Source: an uncultured Chloroflexia bacterium
Lineage (GTDB): Bacteria; Chloroflexota; Limnocylindria; Limnocylindrales; CSP1-4
Length of the DNA: 64,000 bases
Reading direction: 5' to 3'
NCBI GenBank assembly: GCA_963707215.1
Contig: CAVPPB010000003.1
Coordinates: forward strand, 321,415-385,414
The notes beneath the pieces were generated by a model. The model made no database searches. It had not been told where the DNA came from and worked only from the letters and a program-made list of their open reading frames with translations. The first letter of the stretch is position 1; the number at the start of each line of letters is the position of its first letter. Shown here in pieces: positions 47,577 to 56,151 of the stretch. The translations under genes and the position numbers were made by a program.

Positions 47577-48251
47577 ATGTGCGGGCGCTTCGCCCAGCAG
47601 CGGCCGGCGGCCGAGCTGGCGGACCGGTTCGCCGCCGAGGTCCTGGTCGACGATCCGGGTCCCCGCTTCAACGTGGCCCCCACCGTCGACGCGCTCGTGG
47701 TGGTCCAACGCGACGACCGCCGGGCGGTGACGGCCTACCGTTGGGGACTCGTCCCGCACTGGGCGGACTCGCTGTCGGCCGGTGTCCGGGCCTTCAACGC
47801 CAGGGCCGAGACGGTGTCGACCAGCCCGATGTTCCGCGACGCCTTCCGGCGGCGGCGCTGCCTCGTTCCAGTGGACGCGTTCTACGAGTGGCGACGTGAG
47901 GGCAAGCTCCGCCTGCCCTACGCCATCCGCCGGCCGGACGGCGACGTGCTCGCCCTGGCCGGGCTCTGGTCGGGCTGGCGCGATCCCGAGACCGAGGAGG
48001 TCACCAGGACGTTCACGATCGTCACCACGGCCGCCAACGAGGCGATCGCCGAGCTCCACGACCGGATGCCCGTCATCCTCCCGGAGGAGGAGTGGGTCGC
48101 CTGGCTCGACCCGGCGGGCAACGAGTCGGGGCGGCTGCGGGCGCTGCTCGAGCCGCGCGACGACGTGCCGCTCGAGCTCTACGAAGTGAGTCGACGGGTC
48201 AACGACGCTCGCAACGAGGGCCCGGGTCTGCTCGAGCCGCTCCCCGGCTGA
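47577..48251 (+). CDS. SOS response-associated peptidase (SRAP/YedK family)
   Basis: ATG 47577 with the catalytic N-terminal MCGRF. NVAPT, YRWGLVPHW, NARAET, VPVDAFYEW. Confidence 0.9.
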   Translation: MCGRFAQQRPAAELADRFAAEVLVDDPGPRFNVAPTVDALVVVQRDDRRAVTAYRWGLVPHWADSLSAGVRAFNARAETVSTSPMFRDAFRRRRCLVPVDAFYEWRREGKLRLPYAIRRPDGDVLALAGLWSGWRDPETEEVTRTFTIVTTAANEAIAELHDRMPVILPEEEWVAWLDPAGNESGRLRALLEPRDDVPLELYEVSRRVNDARNEGPGLLEPLPG

Positions 48252-48277
48252 CCGATCCGGCTCCGACCGCAGCCGGG

Positions 48278-48949
48278 TCAGCCGTCGCGCGCTGGTTCGA
48301 CGCCTGCAGCGGCGACGGCCCCGCTGAGCGCGGCTTCGGGCTCCACGCCACGGTCGATCGCGGCCGCGAACGCGGCCACGACGCCGACCAGGGCCCCGTC
48401 CGGATCAAGGTCCGCGGCGGCCAGCACGGTCGCTCCCTCCAGGCCGGGTGCGTCTGATCCGGACGCGGCGACGACGATGACGTGCGCACCGGCGTAGCGC
48501 GAGGCCTCGGCCACGATCCTGCCGGCGCTGGCCTCGAGGGGCTCGGCGACGACGATGGCGCGGAACTCCACGAGATACCGCAGCGCGAGCTCGATGTCGG
48601 CGGCGTCGAGCCAGAGGGCCGGATCGGAGCTCGGCGGGCCAGCGGTAACGGTCGCCTCGGGGGCAGGCACCGGGCCGAGTGGGTAGGACTCGGCCAGTTC
48701 GGCATCGGGAGCCTCGCCCAGGACGGGCGTCCGGGCAGCGGGCGGCCGGAGGACCGCCACGTGGGCCACTCCCTCACGAGCCAGGGCGAGTAGCAGCTCG
48801 TCGCCCTCGCGGTCGTCCCCGACCTTGCCGACGAGCTGGACGTCGGATCCAGCCCGGGCCGCCTCGACGGCGATCCGGCCGGGCAGCCCGGCCACCGCTC
48901 CGCCGCCCGGGCCGATGCGGAGCCAGGGGGTCCCGATGACGACGATCAC
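48278..48949 (-). CDS. short PfkB/ribokinase-like protein (degenerate nucleotide-binding motifs)
   Basis: MIVVIGTP...GLPGRIAVEAARAGSDVQLVGKVGDDREGDELLLALAREGV. Only 223 aa. The DTxGAGD position reads DPDGALVG. Confidence 0.6.
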   Translation of the reverse strand: MIVVIGTPWLRIGPGGGAVAGLPGRIAVEAARAGSDVQLVGKVGDDREGDELLLALAREGVAHVAVLRPPAARTPVLGEAPDAELAESYPLGPVPAPEATVTAGPPSSDPALWLDAADIELALRYLVEFRAIVVAEPLEASAGRIVAEASRYAGAHVIVVAASGSDAPGLEGATVLAAADLDPDGALVGVVAAFAAAIDRGVEPEAALSGAVAAAGVEPARDG

Positions 48950-49049
48950 GCGGGCAGCCTAGCACCCGCCGAGCCCGGGGCGGGTCGCCGGCCCGCCGGT
49001 GGAGACGCGGTCGACCAGAACCGGGTCGGACGATCGGAGGCCGGCCCGC

Positions 49050-49763
49050 TCAGTCGCTCTCGTCGGTCGGCTCGGGCGTGTCCGACGGCTTCGGCGTGTC
49101 GTCCGGCTCGGGCGTGTCCGACGGCTCGGGCGTGTCGTCCGGGTCATCCGAACCGGTCGGCTGCGGAGTCGACGTGGGGCGCGGCGTCGTGGTCGGTCGA
49201 GGTGTGGCGGTCGGGGCGGCCGACTCGGTCGGGGCGGCCGACTCGGTCGGCTCGACCGATGGGCTCGGGGCCGGCGACGGGCTCGGCGACGGGCTCGGCG
49301 ACGGGCTCAGGCTCGGGGCCGGCGACGGTGCCGGTGATGCGCTCGGCAAAGGCGTCGCGGTCGCGTCATCTCCGAGCAAGAGACCCGCGCCGACGGCGAC
49401 CGTCCCCCCGACCAGCGACAGCCCGACGGCTACCGCAAGCAACAGTGCTCCCGACTGGGCGCGGACGGCAGCCGGCATGCTGCCGGAGAAGGCCGCTCGC
49501 CAGGCCTCCCGGACCGACACGAGGAGCCCACCGATGGAGCCGGCAGCCACGGCGCGGCCCGCCATAGCCACGGGCGTCGGCGTCGGCTCGGCGGCGATGG
49601 AGGCCATCACCCGGTCCGAGAAGCCGGCCGTCGGCAGCGGATCGTCGGCCGCCAGGCGCTCGAGCTCCCGGGCGATCCCCAGGGTCCCCGCGAGGTCGGC
49701 GTCGGAGGCTGCCACGTCCTCGATCTCGCGTGGCTCGAAGCGACCGGGTCGGGGTCCGGTCAT
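49050..49763 (-). CDS. single-pass membrane protein (anti-sigma-factor position) with a Pro/Ser/Thr/Asp/Glu hexapeptide-repeat tail
   Basis: 4-nt overlap with the upstream ECF sigma gene. One TM helix ([25 protein letters not shown]). Tail is [46 protein letters not shown]. Confidence 0.6.
   Translation of the reverse strand: MTGPRPGRFEPREIEDVAASDADLAGTLGIARELERLAADDPLPTAGFSDRVMASIAAEPTPTPVAMAGRAVAAGSIGGLLVSVREAWRAAFSGSMPAAVRAQSGALLLAVAVGLSLVGGTVAVGAGLLLGDDATATPLPSASPAPSPAPSLSPSPSPSPSPSPAPSPSVEPTESAAPTESAAPTATPRPTTTPRPTSTPQPTGSDDPDDTPEPSDTPEPDDTPKPSDTPEPTDESD
49062..49146 (-). repeat. 18-bp in-frame tandem repeats encoding DTPEP(S/D)
   Basis: cgggcgtgtccgacggct-type units read directly. Confidence 0.75.
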
Positions 49764-50398
49764 CGGAGCGTCTCCGTCGCCAGCTCGGCGCGCAGCCGGG
49801 CGAGACCCCGGTGGAGCTGGACCTTGACGGTGCCGAGCGGCCGGTCCAGGTGGCGGGAGATCTCGTCGAGGGAGAGCTCACCGAAGAAGCGGAGCGCGAC
49901 CACCTCCCGGTACGGATCGCCGAGCGACACCACCGCGGCCCGAAGCCGCGCATCGCGCTCACCGGCGAGGGCTCGTCCGAGGGGGTCGTCGGATGGGCGG
50001 GCCGTCGTGAGGTGGGCCCGGTCGGGATCGTCGGCCAGTCGCTCGGGCTCGGACGGGTCGATCCAGGTCACCGCGCGACGACGACCAGCCGAGCGGATGG
50101 CCAGGCGGACCGCGATCCGGCTGAGCCAGGCCCCGAGCGGACCATCACCCCGCCAGGTACCCAGCGATCGGTATGCGTTCACGAATGCTTCCTGGGCGAC
50201 GTCCTCGGCCTCGTGGAGGTCCCCGAGGACCCGGTAGCAAGCCCGGATGATGTTGCGTGATTCGCGGTCCACGATGATGCGGAACGCATCGCGGTCGCCG
50301 CCCAGGACGGCCGCCACGACCGAGGCGTCGTCGGAGGACGCATCGAGGTCTCGAGGGGCGCTGGCGTCGCGACGGCGCTCGATCGTCGTGGCTCCCAT
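49760..50398 (-). CDS. ECF sigma-70 family RNA polymerase sigma factor
   Basis: Region 2 is [35 protein letters not shown]. Region 4 is [33 protein letters not shown]. Confidence 0.85.
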   Translation of the reverse strand: MGATTIERRRDASAPRDLDASSDDASVVAAVLGGDRDAFRIIVDRESRNIIRACYRVLGDLHEAEDVAQEAFVNAYRSLGTWRGDGPLGAWLSRIAVRLAIRSAGRRRAVTWIDPSEPERLADDPDRAHLTTARPSDDPLGRALAGERDARLRAAVVSLGDPYREVVALRFFGELSLDEISRHLDRPLGTVKVQLHRGLARLRAELATETLR

Positions 50399-50508
50399 GT
50401 GGTGCAGGTGGGACCGGTCATCGCCGGTGCTCCCTCCATGATGCCCGGGAGGACCCGGTGCGGACCAGCGCTCGCCGCCCGCACCGGGTCCCTGCCCGGT
50501 CGTGCCCG

Positions 50509-50988
50509 TCAGTCGTCGGATCCGTGGTCGTCGCCTGGCTCGTCGTCGGAGCCGCTGCCGCTCGAGTCGTCGTCCTCGTCGTCCTCGTCCTCGTCGTCCT
50601 CGTCCTCGTCGTCGTCGTCGGGCGAGGCCGTCGGGGAGGCACCGTCCTCGTCGTCGTCCGGCGAGGCCGTCGGGGAGGCTGTCGCGTCCGGGCTGTCGTC
50701 GCCCCCGGCGGGGCTCTCGGTCGGCTCGGGGCTCTCGCTGGCCTCGGGGCTCTCGGTCGGCTCGGCCGACTCGGTCGCCTCGGGGCTCTCGCTGGCCTCC
50801 GGGCTCTCGCTGGCCTCCGGGCTCTCGCTGGCCTCCGGGCTCTCGCTCGCCTCGGCCGGGGCCGCGCTGGCGGCCGGATCGTCACCGGTCGTGCGAAGGG
50901 CGTCGGCGGCGAAGGCGCCCCCGGCGATGATGAAGAGGCTGATGGCGGCGATGCCCAGCCCTCGGGTCAGACGCTGCGTTCGGTCCAT
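50509..50988 (-). CDS. signal-anchored, extremely acidic repeat protein (ESPEAS hexapeptide repeats plus a poly-Asp/Glu tail)
   Basis: N-terminal TM/signal GLGIAAISLFIIAGGAFA. Then ASESPEASESPEASESPEASESPEATESAEPTESPEASESPEPTESP and DDDDEDEDDEDEDDEDDD. Confidence 0.6.
   Translation of the reverse strand: MDRTQRLTRGLGIAAISLFIIAGGAFAADALRTTGDDPAASAAPAEASESPEASESPEASESPEASESPEATESAEPTESPEASESPEPTESPAGGDDSPDATASPTASPDDDEDGASPTASPDDDDEDEDDEDEDDEDDDSSGSGSDDEPGDDHGSDD
50711..50856 (-). repeat. 18-bp in-frame tandem repeats encoding (E/D)(S/T)PE(A/P)(S/T)
   Basis: gcctccgggctctcgctg units repeated about 8 times with minor variants. Confidence 0.8.
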
Positions 50989-51151
50989 CGGTCGTTCTCG
51001 GTCCCCTGGCGGTGTGGTTCGTGGTCGGGCCGGAAGGACCCGTCACCAACCATGAGGCAGCCGCGCGCCAGAAGGTTTCAACCATGCTGGCTTGAGCTCG
51101 TCGGCGGGCCGGTCGACCGCGCGACCGGACCAGGCGACACCCGGACCCCGG

Positions 51152-52558
51152 TCAGGCCTCCTGGTCCGACCCTGTGCCGAGCTCGTCTCGCTGGATCCTC
51201 ACCGGACCCAGCGACGCCGCCTCGAGCGGCTCGCGGATCGCGTCCGCATCCCCGACGAGCACCACGGCCGCCGCCTCCGGATGGAGATGCTCACGGGCGA
51301 CCCGGAGGACGTCATCGGCCGTGACCGCCTCGATCGACGGACGGTAGCGGGAGAGCTCATCCTCGGGCAGGTCGTGGACGACGAGGCCGGCCAGCGCACC
51401 GGCGACCGGGCCCGGCGTCTCGAAGCGGAGCGGGAAGACCCCGATGAGGTAGTCACGGGCCGCCCGGAGCTCTGCCGCAGTGGGTGGGCGCTCGCGCATG
51501 CGCTCGAGTTCGGCGATCGTGTCGACGACAGCCGGGACCGTGGCGTCGGTGTTGACGGCCGCCCGGGCCGAGAAGGGACCGGGTCGTCGCCGCAGGTCGA
51601 AGGATGCGCCGGCGCCGTAGGTATAGCCCTTCTCTTCCCGGAGCTTCATGTTGAGCCGGGAATTGAACAAGCCGCCCAGGATGGCGCTCATCACGGTGAC
51701 CGCGTGGAAATCCGGGTGGTTCCGCGGCAGGCCCACGTGGCCGACCCGGATCTCCGTCTGGACCGACCCGGGTCGGTGGACCAGGTGGACCCGGCGGTCG
51801 GTCGCGGCCGGCCCGACCTGCGGCGGGTCGGTCGCCGCGGCACTCGCCGAGGCGATCCAGCCTGCCAGCCGGTCCTCGGCCATCCGTACGACCTCGCCAG
51901 GATCAACGTCGCCGGCCACGATGAGGGTCATGGCTGCCGGATCGAACCCGGCGCTCCAGATCGCCGCCGTGTGGTCCCGATCGAGTGTCTCGACGGTCTC
52001 CGGCAGTCCCGCTGCCGGTCGAGCGTACGGGGAACCGTGATCGAAGACGGCGGCGGCGAAGGCCTCGTCGGCTCGACGTCGGGGGTTGGCACGGGACTGG
52101 AGGATGTCGTTCAGCCGCTCGGCGCGGAGGCGCTCGACCTCGGCAGCCGGGAAGGACGGCTCGGCGGCGACCTCGGCGAGCAGCTCCAACGCCGGAGCGA
52201 GCCGCGACGCCACCACCTCGACGCCGATGCTGCCGGCGTCCCAGCCGACTTCGGCGTGAAGCGACGCGCCCAGCCGTTCGGCGGCCTCGACGAGCCCGAT
52301 GGCGTCGCGCCGGGCCGTTCCCTCGGTGAGCGCCCGTCCCGTCAGGACGCTGACGCCTCCCAGCTCGGCTGGCTCGTCGAGGGCCCCACGGCGAACGAGC
52401 AGCGACGCCGAGACGATGGGCCGACCGGTCATCGGGGCGACGAAGACGGCAAGGTCGTTCGACAGGCTGGTCCGCTCGGCGGCCGGGAACTCGTAGGTCC
52501 GGGGGACCCCGGGCACGGGACGCTCGGAGACGACGACGGGGCGGATCGGCTCGCTCAC
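51152..52558 (-). CDS. M16 family (pitrilysin-like) peptidase, non-catalytic-type subunit (no HxxEH seen)
   Basis: Two-lobed M16 architecture. GVSVLTGRALTEGT replaces the zinc motif. 4-nt overlap with the upstream M16 gene. Confidence 0.85.
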   Translation of the reverse strand: MSEPIRPVVVSERPVPGVPRTYEFPAAERTSLSNDLAVFVAPMTGRPIVSASLLVRRGALDEPAELGGVSVLTGRALTEGTARRDAIGLVEAAERLGASLHAEVGWDAGSIGVEVVASRLAPALELLAEVAAEPSFPAAEVERLRAERLNDILQSRANPRRRADEAFAAAVFDHGSPYARPAAGLPETVETLDRDHTAAIWSAGFDPAAMTLIVAGDVDPGEVVRMAEDRLAGWIASASAAATDPPQVGPAATDRRVHLVHRPGSVQTEIRVGHVGLPRNHPDFHAVTVMSAILGGLFNSRLNMKLREEKGYTYGAGASFDLRRRPGPFSARAAVNTDATVPAVVDTIAELERMRERPPTAAELRAARDYLIGVFPLRFETPGPVAGALAGLVVHDLPEDELSRYRPSIEAVTADDVLRVAREHLHPEAAAVVLVGDADAIREPLEAASLGPVRIQRDELGTGSDQEA

Positions 52559-53850
52559 GACTTGGGCTCCTCGTCGGACTCGAGCGGGAGGTAGGTCAGG
52601 ACGACGCGGTTGTCGGCCCGGAAGGTGGCGGCGGCCACCTCCACCATGGCCTCGGGTGTCACGGCCAGGTACCGATCGAGCATGCGGTTGATGAGGTCCG
52701 GGTCATCGAACAGGGTGGCGAACATCGACAGCCGGTCCGCTCGCTCGTCGACGCGCTGGAGAGCCCCGAGCTCGTCGGTCTCGGCCAGGGCCTTGGCCCG
52801 GGCCAGCTCGTCATCGGACACCGGCTCACGGCCCATCCGCTCGAGCTCCTCGAGCAGGGCGGCTTCGACCCGGGCCACGTCGACATCCGGACGGGCCGTC
52901 GCCCAGCCCGCCGCGATCGAGGCGCCGCCGATGAACCCGAGCACGAAGAAGGCGACATCCTGGGCGATCCGCTCCTCCCGGACGAGCCGGCGGTGGAGCC
53001 GACTGCCCTTCCCGCCCGCGAGGATGTGCGAGGCCACCTCGAGCGCGTCGAGGCGGGTGTCGCCGAACACGGGGGCCCTGAAGGCCACGTAGACGCGGGG
53101 CAGCGGGACGCGGTCGTGGACGACCTCGCGACGTTCCTGGCCGATCACCGGCGGGAGGCCCAGGTCGCCGAGGGCCGGGATCGACGGGTTCGCGGGGATG
53201 CCCCCGAAATACCGCTCTGCCCAGGCGAGCACCTGGGCGGACTCGCAGTCGCCGACCACGGATAGGACGGCGTTGTTCGGGGCGTACCAGGTCCTGAAGA
53301 ATGACGAAACGTCCTCGACCGAGGCTGCGTCGAGGTCCGCCATGGACCCGATCGTCGGGTGATGGTACGGGTGCTCCTCCGGGAAGAGGTGCCCCTGGAG
53401 CTTCTCGTTCCAGGTCCCGTAGGGCTGGTTGTCGTACGACCAGCGGCGCTCATTCTTCACGACGGCCCGCTGGTTGTCGAGGTTCTCCAGGGACAGCGCG
53501 TCGAGGAGCGTGCCCATCCGGTCGGCCTCCAGCCAGAGGGCCAGCTCGAGCTGGTGTGACGGGACCGATTCGAAGTAGTTGGTGCGATCGAGCCAGGTGG
53601 TGCCGTTCATGGTCCCGCCGGCAGCCTGGACCAGGGCGATGTGCTCGGCCTTGGCCACGTTGCGCGAGCCCTGGAACATGACGTGCTCGAAGAGGTGGGC
53701 GAAGCCGGTCTTGCCGGCCACCTCGTGCTTGGAGCCGACGTCGTACCACACGTTGACGGCGACGACGGGCGCGAGATGGTCCTCGGAGACGATGACCCGG
53801 AGGCCATTGGACAGACGCGTGTCGGTGAACGCGACGCGCGGGGCGGACAT
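52555..53850 (-). CDS. M16 family zinc peptidase (catalytic-type subunit)
   Basis: Start at ATG 53850 behind AGGAG. GFAHLFEHVMFQGS (HxxEH). NGTTWLDRTNYF. Confidence 0.85.
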   Translation of the reverse strand: MSAPRVAFTDTRLSNGLRVIVSEDHLAPVVAVNVWYDVGSKHEVAGKTGFAHLFEHVMFQGSRNVAKAEHIALVQAAGGTMNGTTWLDRTNYFESVPSHQLELALWLEADRMGTLLDALSLENLDNQRAVVKNERRWSYDNQPYGTWNEKLQGHLFPEEHPYHHPTIGSMADLDAASVEDVSSFFRTWYAPNNAVLSVVGDCESAQVLAWAERYFGGIPANPSIPALGDLGLPPVIGQERREVVHDRVPLPRVYVAFRAPVFGDTRLDALEVASHILAGGKGSRLHRRLVREERIAQDVAFFVLGFIGGASIAAGWATARPDVDVARVEAALLEELERMGREPVSDDELARAKALAETDELGALQRVDERADRLSMFATLFDDPDLINRMLDRYLAVTPEAMVEVAAATFRADNRVVLTYLPLESDEEPKS

Positions 53851-53948
53851 GCGCGACTCCTGATGAGCTGGCGGATCCGCCGCGACCGAGGGTGCGACGG
53901 TCGCCCGATCGTAGCGCAGATCGGATGACCCGGCGGGCGCGACGACTC

Positions 53949-53976
53949 TTGACATCCATCATACGCGTGTTAGTGT
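53949..53976 (+). promoter_or_regulatory. sigma-70-like promoter candidate TTGACA-N16-TAGTGT for the ArsR-type gene
   Basis: TTGACA at 53949-53954 and TAGTGT at 53971-53976. The -10 overlaps the palindrome. This is an AT-rich island in an otherwise GC-rich sequence. Confidence 0.45.
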
Positions 53977-53988
53977 TTCATCTAACAC
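53967..53988. promoter_or_regulatory. perfect inverted repeat GTGTTAG-N8-CTAACAC (operator candidate)
   Basis: Read directly. It lies between the divergent M16 peptidase operon and the ArsR-type gene. A near-identical copy is at 55160-55181. Confidence 0.6.
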
Positions 53989-54010
53989 AGCGGAAGGAGC
54001 GCACGGACCG

Positions 54011-55123
54011 ATGGCAGCCCGACCGGCAGGGAACCGCCCCCAGGCCGCCGCGACCCCCGCGCCGCAGGTGCGCGAGTTCTCGCCCTTCCGTGGCTCCCGG
54101 GTCCCGGTCGAGTTCGACGTCCGAACCGCCTACGACTTCGTGTTCAGCCTGTCCTCCGAGGCCGGCAAGACCGACGACCTGCCGGCCGAGGACCGGCGCT
54201 GGCGCGACAGCCAGCTGGCCGAGATGCGCGAGCTCTTCGGCGAGTCCCTGGATCGCTTCGGGTCCAACATCGCCTTCGCCTTCGCCGGGCTCGTGGTGGA
54301 GCGGCCCGAGGTCCGGACCGCTGCCGACTTCGCGACGATGTTCTCCGCCATCGACGGCGAGACCGTGGTCCGGACGATCTTCGCCGACGAGCTGAAGCAC
54401 GCTGAGAACCGGGAGCGCATCGAGCGCGCCCTGGCCGGCGAGGACGTCGCCATCGCCGAGGTGTGCGCGGAGGCCGATGCCATGGAGCCCGGCGGCGGGT
54501 TGGGCCGGATGTTCGGGACCCTGCTCCGCCATCCCGAGGTCGCGCTCGGGCCGGCCCGGGGCATCCTCGCCGAGTGGGCGGAGCGCTTCACCACGATCGA
54601 GGGCCGCGTCGACGCCATGCTCCGGCGTGACGTGGAGCTCCGTGCCGAGGACATCCGGACCCTCGAGCCTGACGACCTGATCGAGAAGACGACCGGCGGC
54701 GTCCGCTATCGGCTGGAGCCCGGCATCCGGCGGATGATCCTGGCCCCCTCGTACTTCAGCCGGCCGTACAACTTCCTGTTGAGCGGCACCGACTGGCGGC
54801 TCTGGGCCTACCCGATCGCCGACGGGGCACTCGACGCGACCGACCCGATGGCCCCGCCCCAGGCGGTCGTCCGCCTCCACCGGGCGCTCGGCGACGAGAC
54901 ACGCCTCCGCATCCTGCGCCTGCTCCGCGACCGGGACCTCTACCTGACCGAGCTGGCCCAGCTGCTCGAGCTGTCGAAGCCGACGGTGAAGCACCACCTG
55001 ACCCAGCTCCGGGCGGCCGGCCTCGTGACGGTCACCGAGGAGGCCGGGCTGACCTACTACAGCCTCCGCCGCGATCGCCTCGACGACGCCAGCAGCGAGC
55101 TGCGGCGCTTCCTGATCGACTGA
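54011..55123 (+). CDS. ArsR/SmtB-family winged-helix regulator with a roughly 260-aa N-terminal domain of unknown function
   Basis: C-terminal LHRALGDETRLRILRLLRDRDLYLTELAQLLELSKPTVKHHLTQLRAAGLV. GGAAGGAG RBS. Confidence 0.85.
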   Translation: MAARPAGNRPQAAATPAPQVREFSPFRGSRVPVEFDVRTAYDFVFSLSSEAGKTDDLPAEDRRWRDSQLAEMRELFGESLDRFGSNIAFAFAGLVVERPEVRTAADFATMFSAIDGETVVRTIFADELKHAENRERIERALAGEDVAIAEVCAEADAMEPGGGLGRMFGTLLRHPEVALGPARGILAEWAERFTTIEGRVDAMLRRDVELRAEDIRTLEPDDLIEKTTGGVRYRLEPGIRRMILAPSYFSRPYNFLLSGTDWRLWAYPIADGALDATDPMAPPQAVVRLHRALGDETRLRILRLLRDRDLYLTELAQLLELSKPTVKHHLTQLRAAGLVTVTEEAGLTYYSLRRDRLDDASSELRRFLID

Positions 55124-55159
55124 CCGGGCATCGGCCCAGCGGCCTTGACGGCCGGGCCG

Positions 55160-55181
55160 GTGTTAGATGAAAGACTAACAA
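55160..55181. promoter_or_regulatory. second copy of the operator-like palindrome GTGTTAG-N8-CTAACAA (plus an extra CTAACA half-site at 55196-55201)
   Basis: Read directly. It is the reverse orientation of the 53967 site, with spacer ATGAAAGA versus ATGAAACA. It sits 37 nt after the ArsR stop and upstream of the small ORF. Confidence 0.6.
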
Positions 55182-55293
55182 CCGAGAGCACGAGACTAAC
55201 AGACGGGAGATGACCAGGATGTTCGGTGGGACGACGCGAAGTGACGGACGGGCAACGACCCACGGGTCGGCGGGCGACGGGAGGACCACGGTC

Positions 55294-55563
55294 ATGTTCG
55301 AGGAGATGCAGCACTCGATCGTCGATCAACACATGGAGGAGCTCGTGAACCAGGCCGCCGAGGCCCGCCTCGCGCGGGCGGTGTCCGGGGGGCGCGGCAT
55401 CGGTCGCTCGCTCCGGGCCAGCCTGGGGAACCTGCTCATGGGTATCGGTTCGGCGGTGGCCGGTCGCTCAACGACGCCCGTCGAGCCGTCGACCGGCCGC
55501 TCAGCGATCATCCGGGAGCCCTGCCCGGAGCCGGCCCGCCGCGACGTCGCCCGGGCCGCCTGA
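55294..55563 (+). CDS. small Arg-rich hypothetical protein (89 aa), paralog of 21708..21911
   Basis: GGGAGGA 8 nt before ATG 55294. MFEEMQHSIVDQHMEELVNQAAEARLARAV..RGIGRSLRASLGNLLMGIGSAVAG. An upstream alternative start (55210/55219) is possible. Confidence 0.5.
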   Translation: MFEEMQHSIVDQHMEELVNQAAEARLARAVSGGRGIGRSLRASLGNLLMGIGSAVAGRSTTPVEPSTGRSAIIREPCPEPARRDVARAA

Positions 55564-55635
55564 GATCCTGACCCCAGAGAACCGTCCTCCCAGAGGTCGC
55601 CGCACTCCCGCGGCCTGCTGACTCCCACCGGCAGA

Positions 55636-55664
55636 GCGGCCGCCCGGATCACCCGGGCGGCCGC
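55636..55664. terminator. 12-bp perfect GC hairpin between convergent genes (bidirectional terminator candidate)
   Basis: GCGGCCGCCCGG-atcac-CCGGGCGGCCGC. Confidence 0.5.
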
Positions 55665-55726
55665 GACCTATGTCGCGATCGTCCCGGTGCCGGAGCCGGA
55701 CGCCCGAACGGTCGTCCGATCGGTCG

Positions 55727-56125
55727 TCAGATCGGCACGGCGACGAAGAGGCCGGTGATGACCAGGGCCAGGCCGATCGAGCCCGCCCCGATCGCCAGCG
55801 CACGCCGGCGGTCGGCGGCGATCGCCTCGGCCTCGACGCGCTCCTGGGAACCGAGTACGCCGAAGTTGCGGAGCCCCATGAGCCCGTAGGCCGCGCAGAA
55901 GCGGAAGTAGGCCTGGGCGAAGCCGACGATGCCGCCGGTGAGCGGCACGGCGACCAGCCACCGCGCGGCGCTGGGCGCGTCGATGACCACCAGGAACGCG
56001 GCCAGGATCACGGCGGCCGTGACACCCATGATGCCGGCCTGGCGGCGGCGGCTGATCTCGGCCGGGCCGATGTTGCAGGCGCCGGCTCGATAGCTCGGGT
56101 CCATGTCGTAGTCGATGGTCGTCAC
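55727..56125 (-). CDS. small integral membrane protein (3 TM helices)
   Basis: 132-aa ORF with a hydrophobic helix pattern and good third-position bias. No family recognised. Confidence 0.6.
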   Translation of the reverse strand: MTTIDYDMDPSYRAGACNIGPAEISRRRQAGIMGVTAAVILAAFLVVIDAPSAARWLVAVPLTGGIVGFAQAYFRFCAAYGLMGLRNFGVLGSQERVEAEAIAADRRRALAIGAGSIGLALVITGLFVAVPI

Positions 56126-56151
56126 GGTCGCTCCAAGGTCGGTGGTCTCAC

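Noticed and set aside
50711-50856. Regularly spaced 18-bp repeats that could suggest a CRISPR array
   Set aside because: The repeats are contiguous with no spacers and in frame, and they encode ESPEAS hexapeptides inside a signal-anchored ORF. No cas genes are present.
55145-55150. TTGACG as the -35 box of a promoter for the small ORF downstream of the ArsR-type gene
   Set aside because: No acceptable TAnnnT -10 lies at 16-18 nt spacing, so I only report the operator-like palindrome there.
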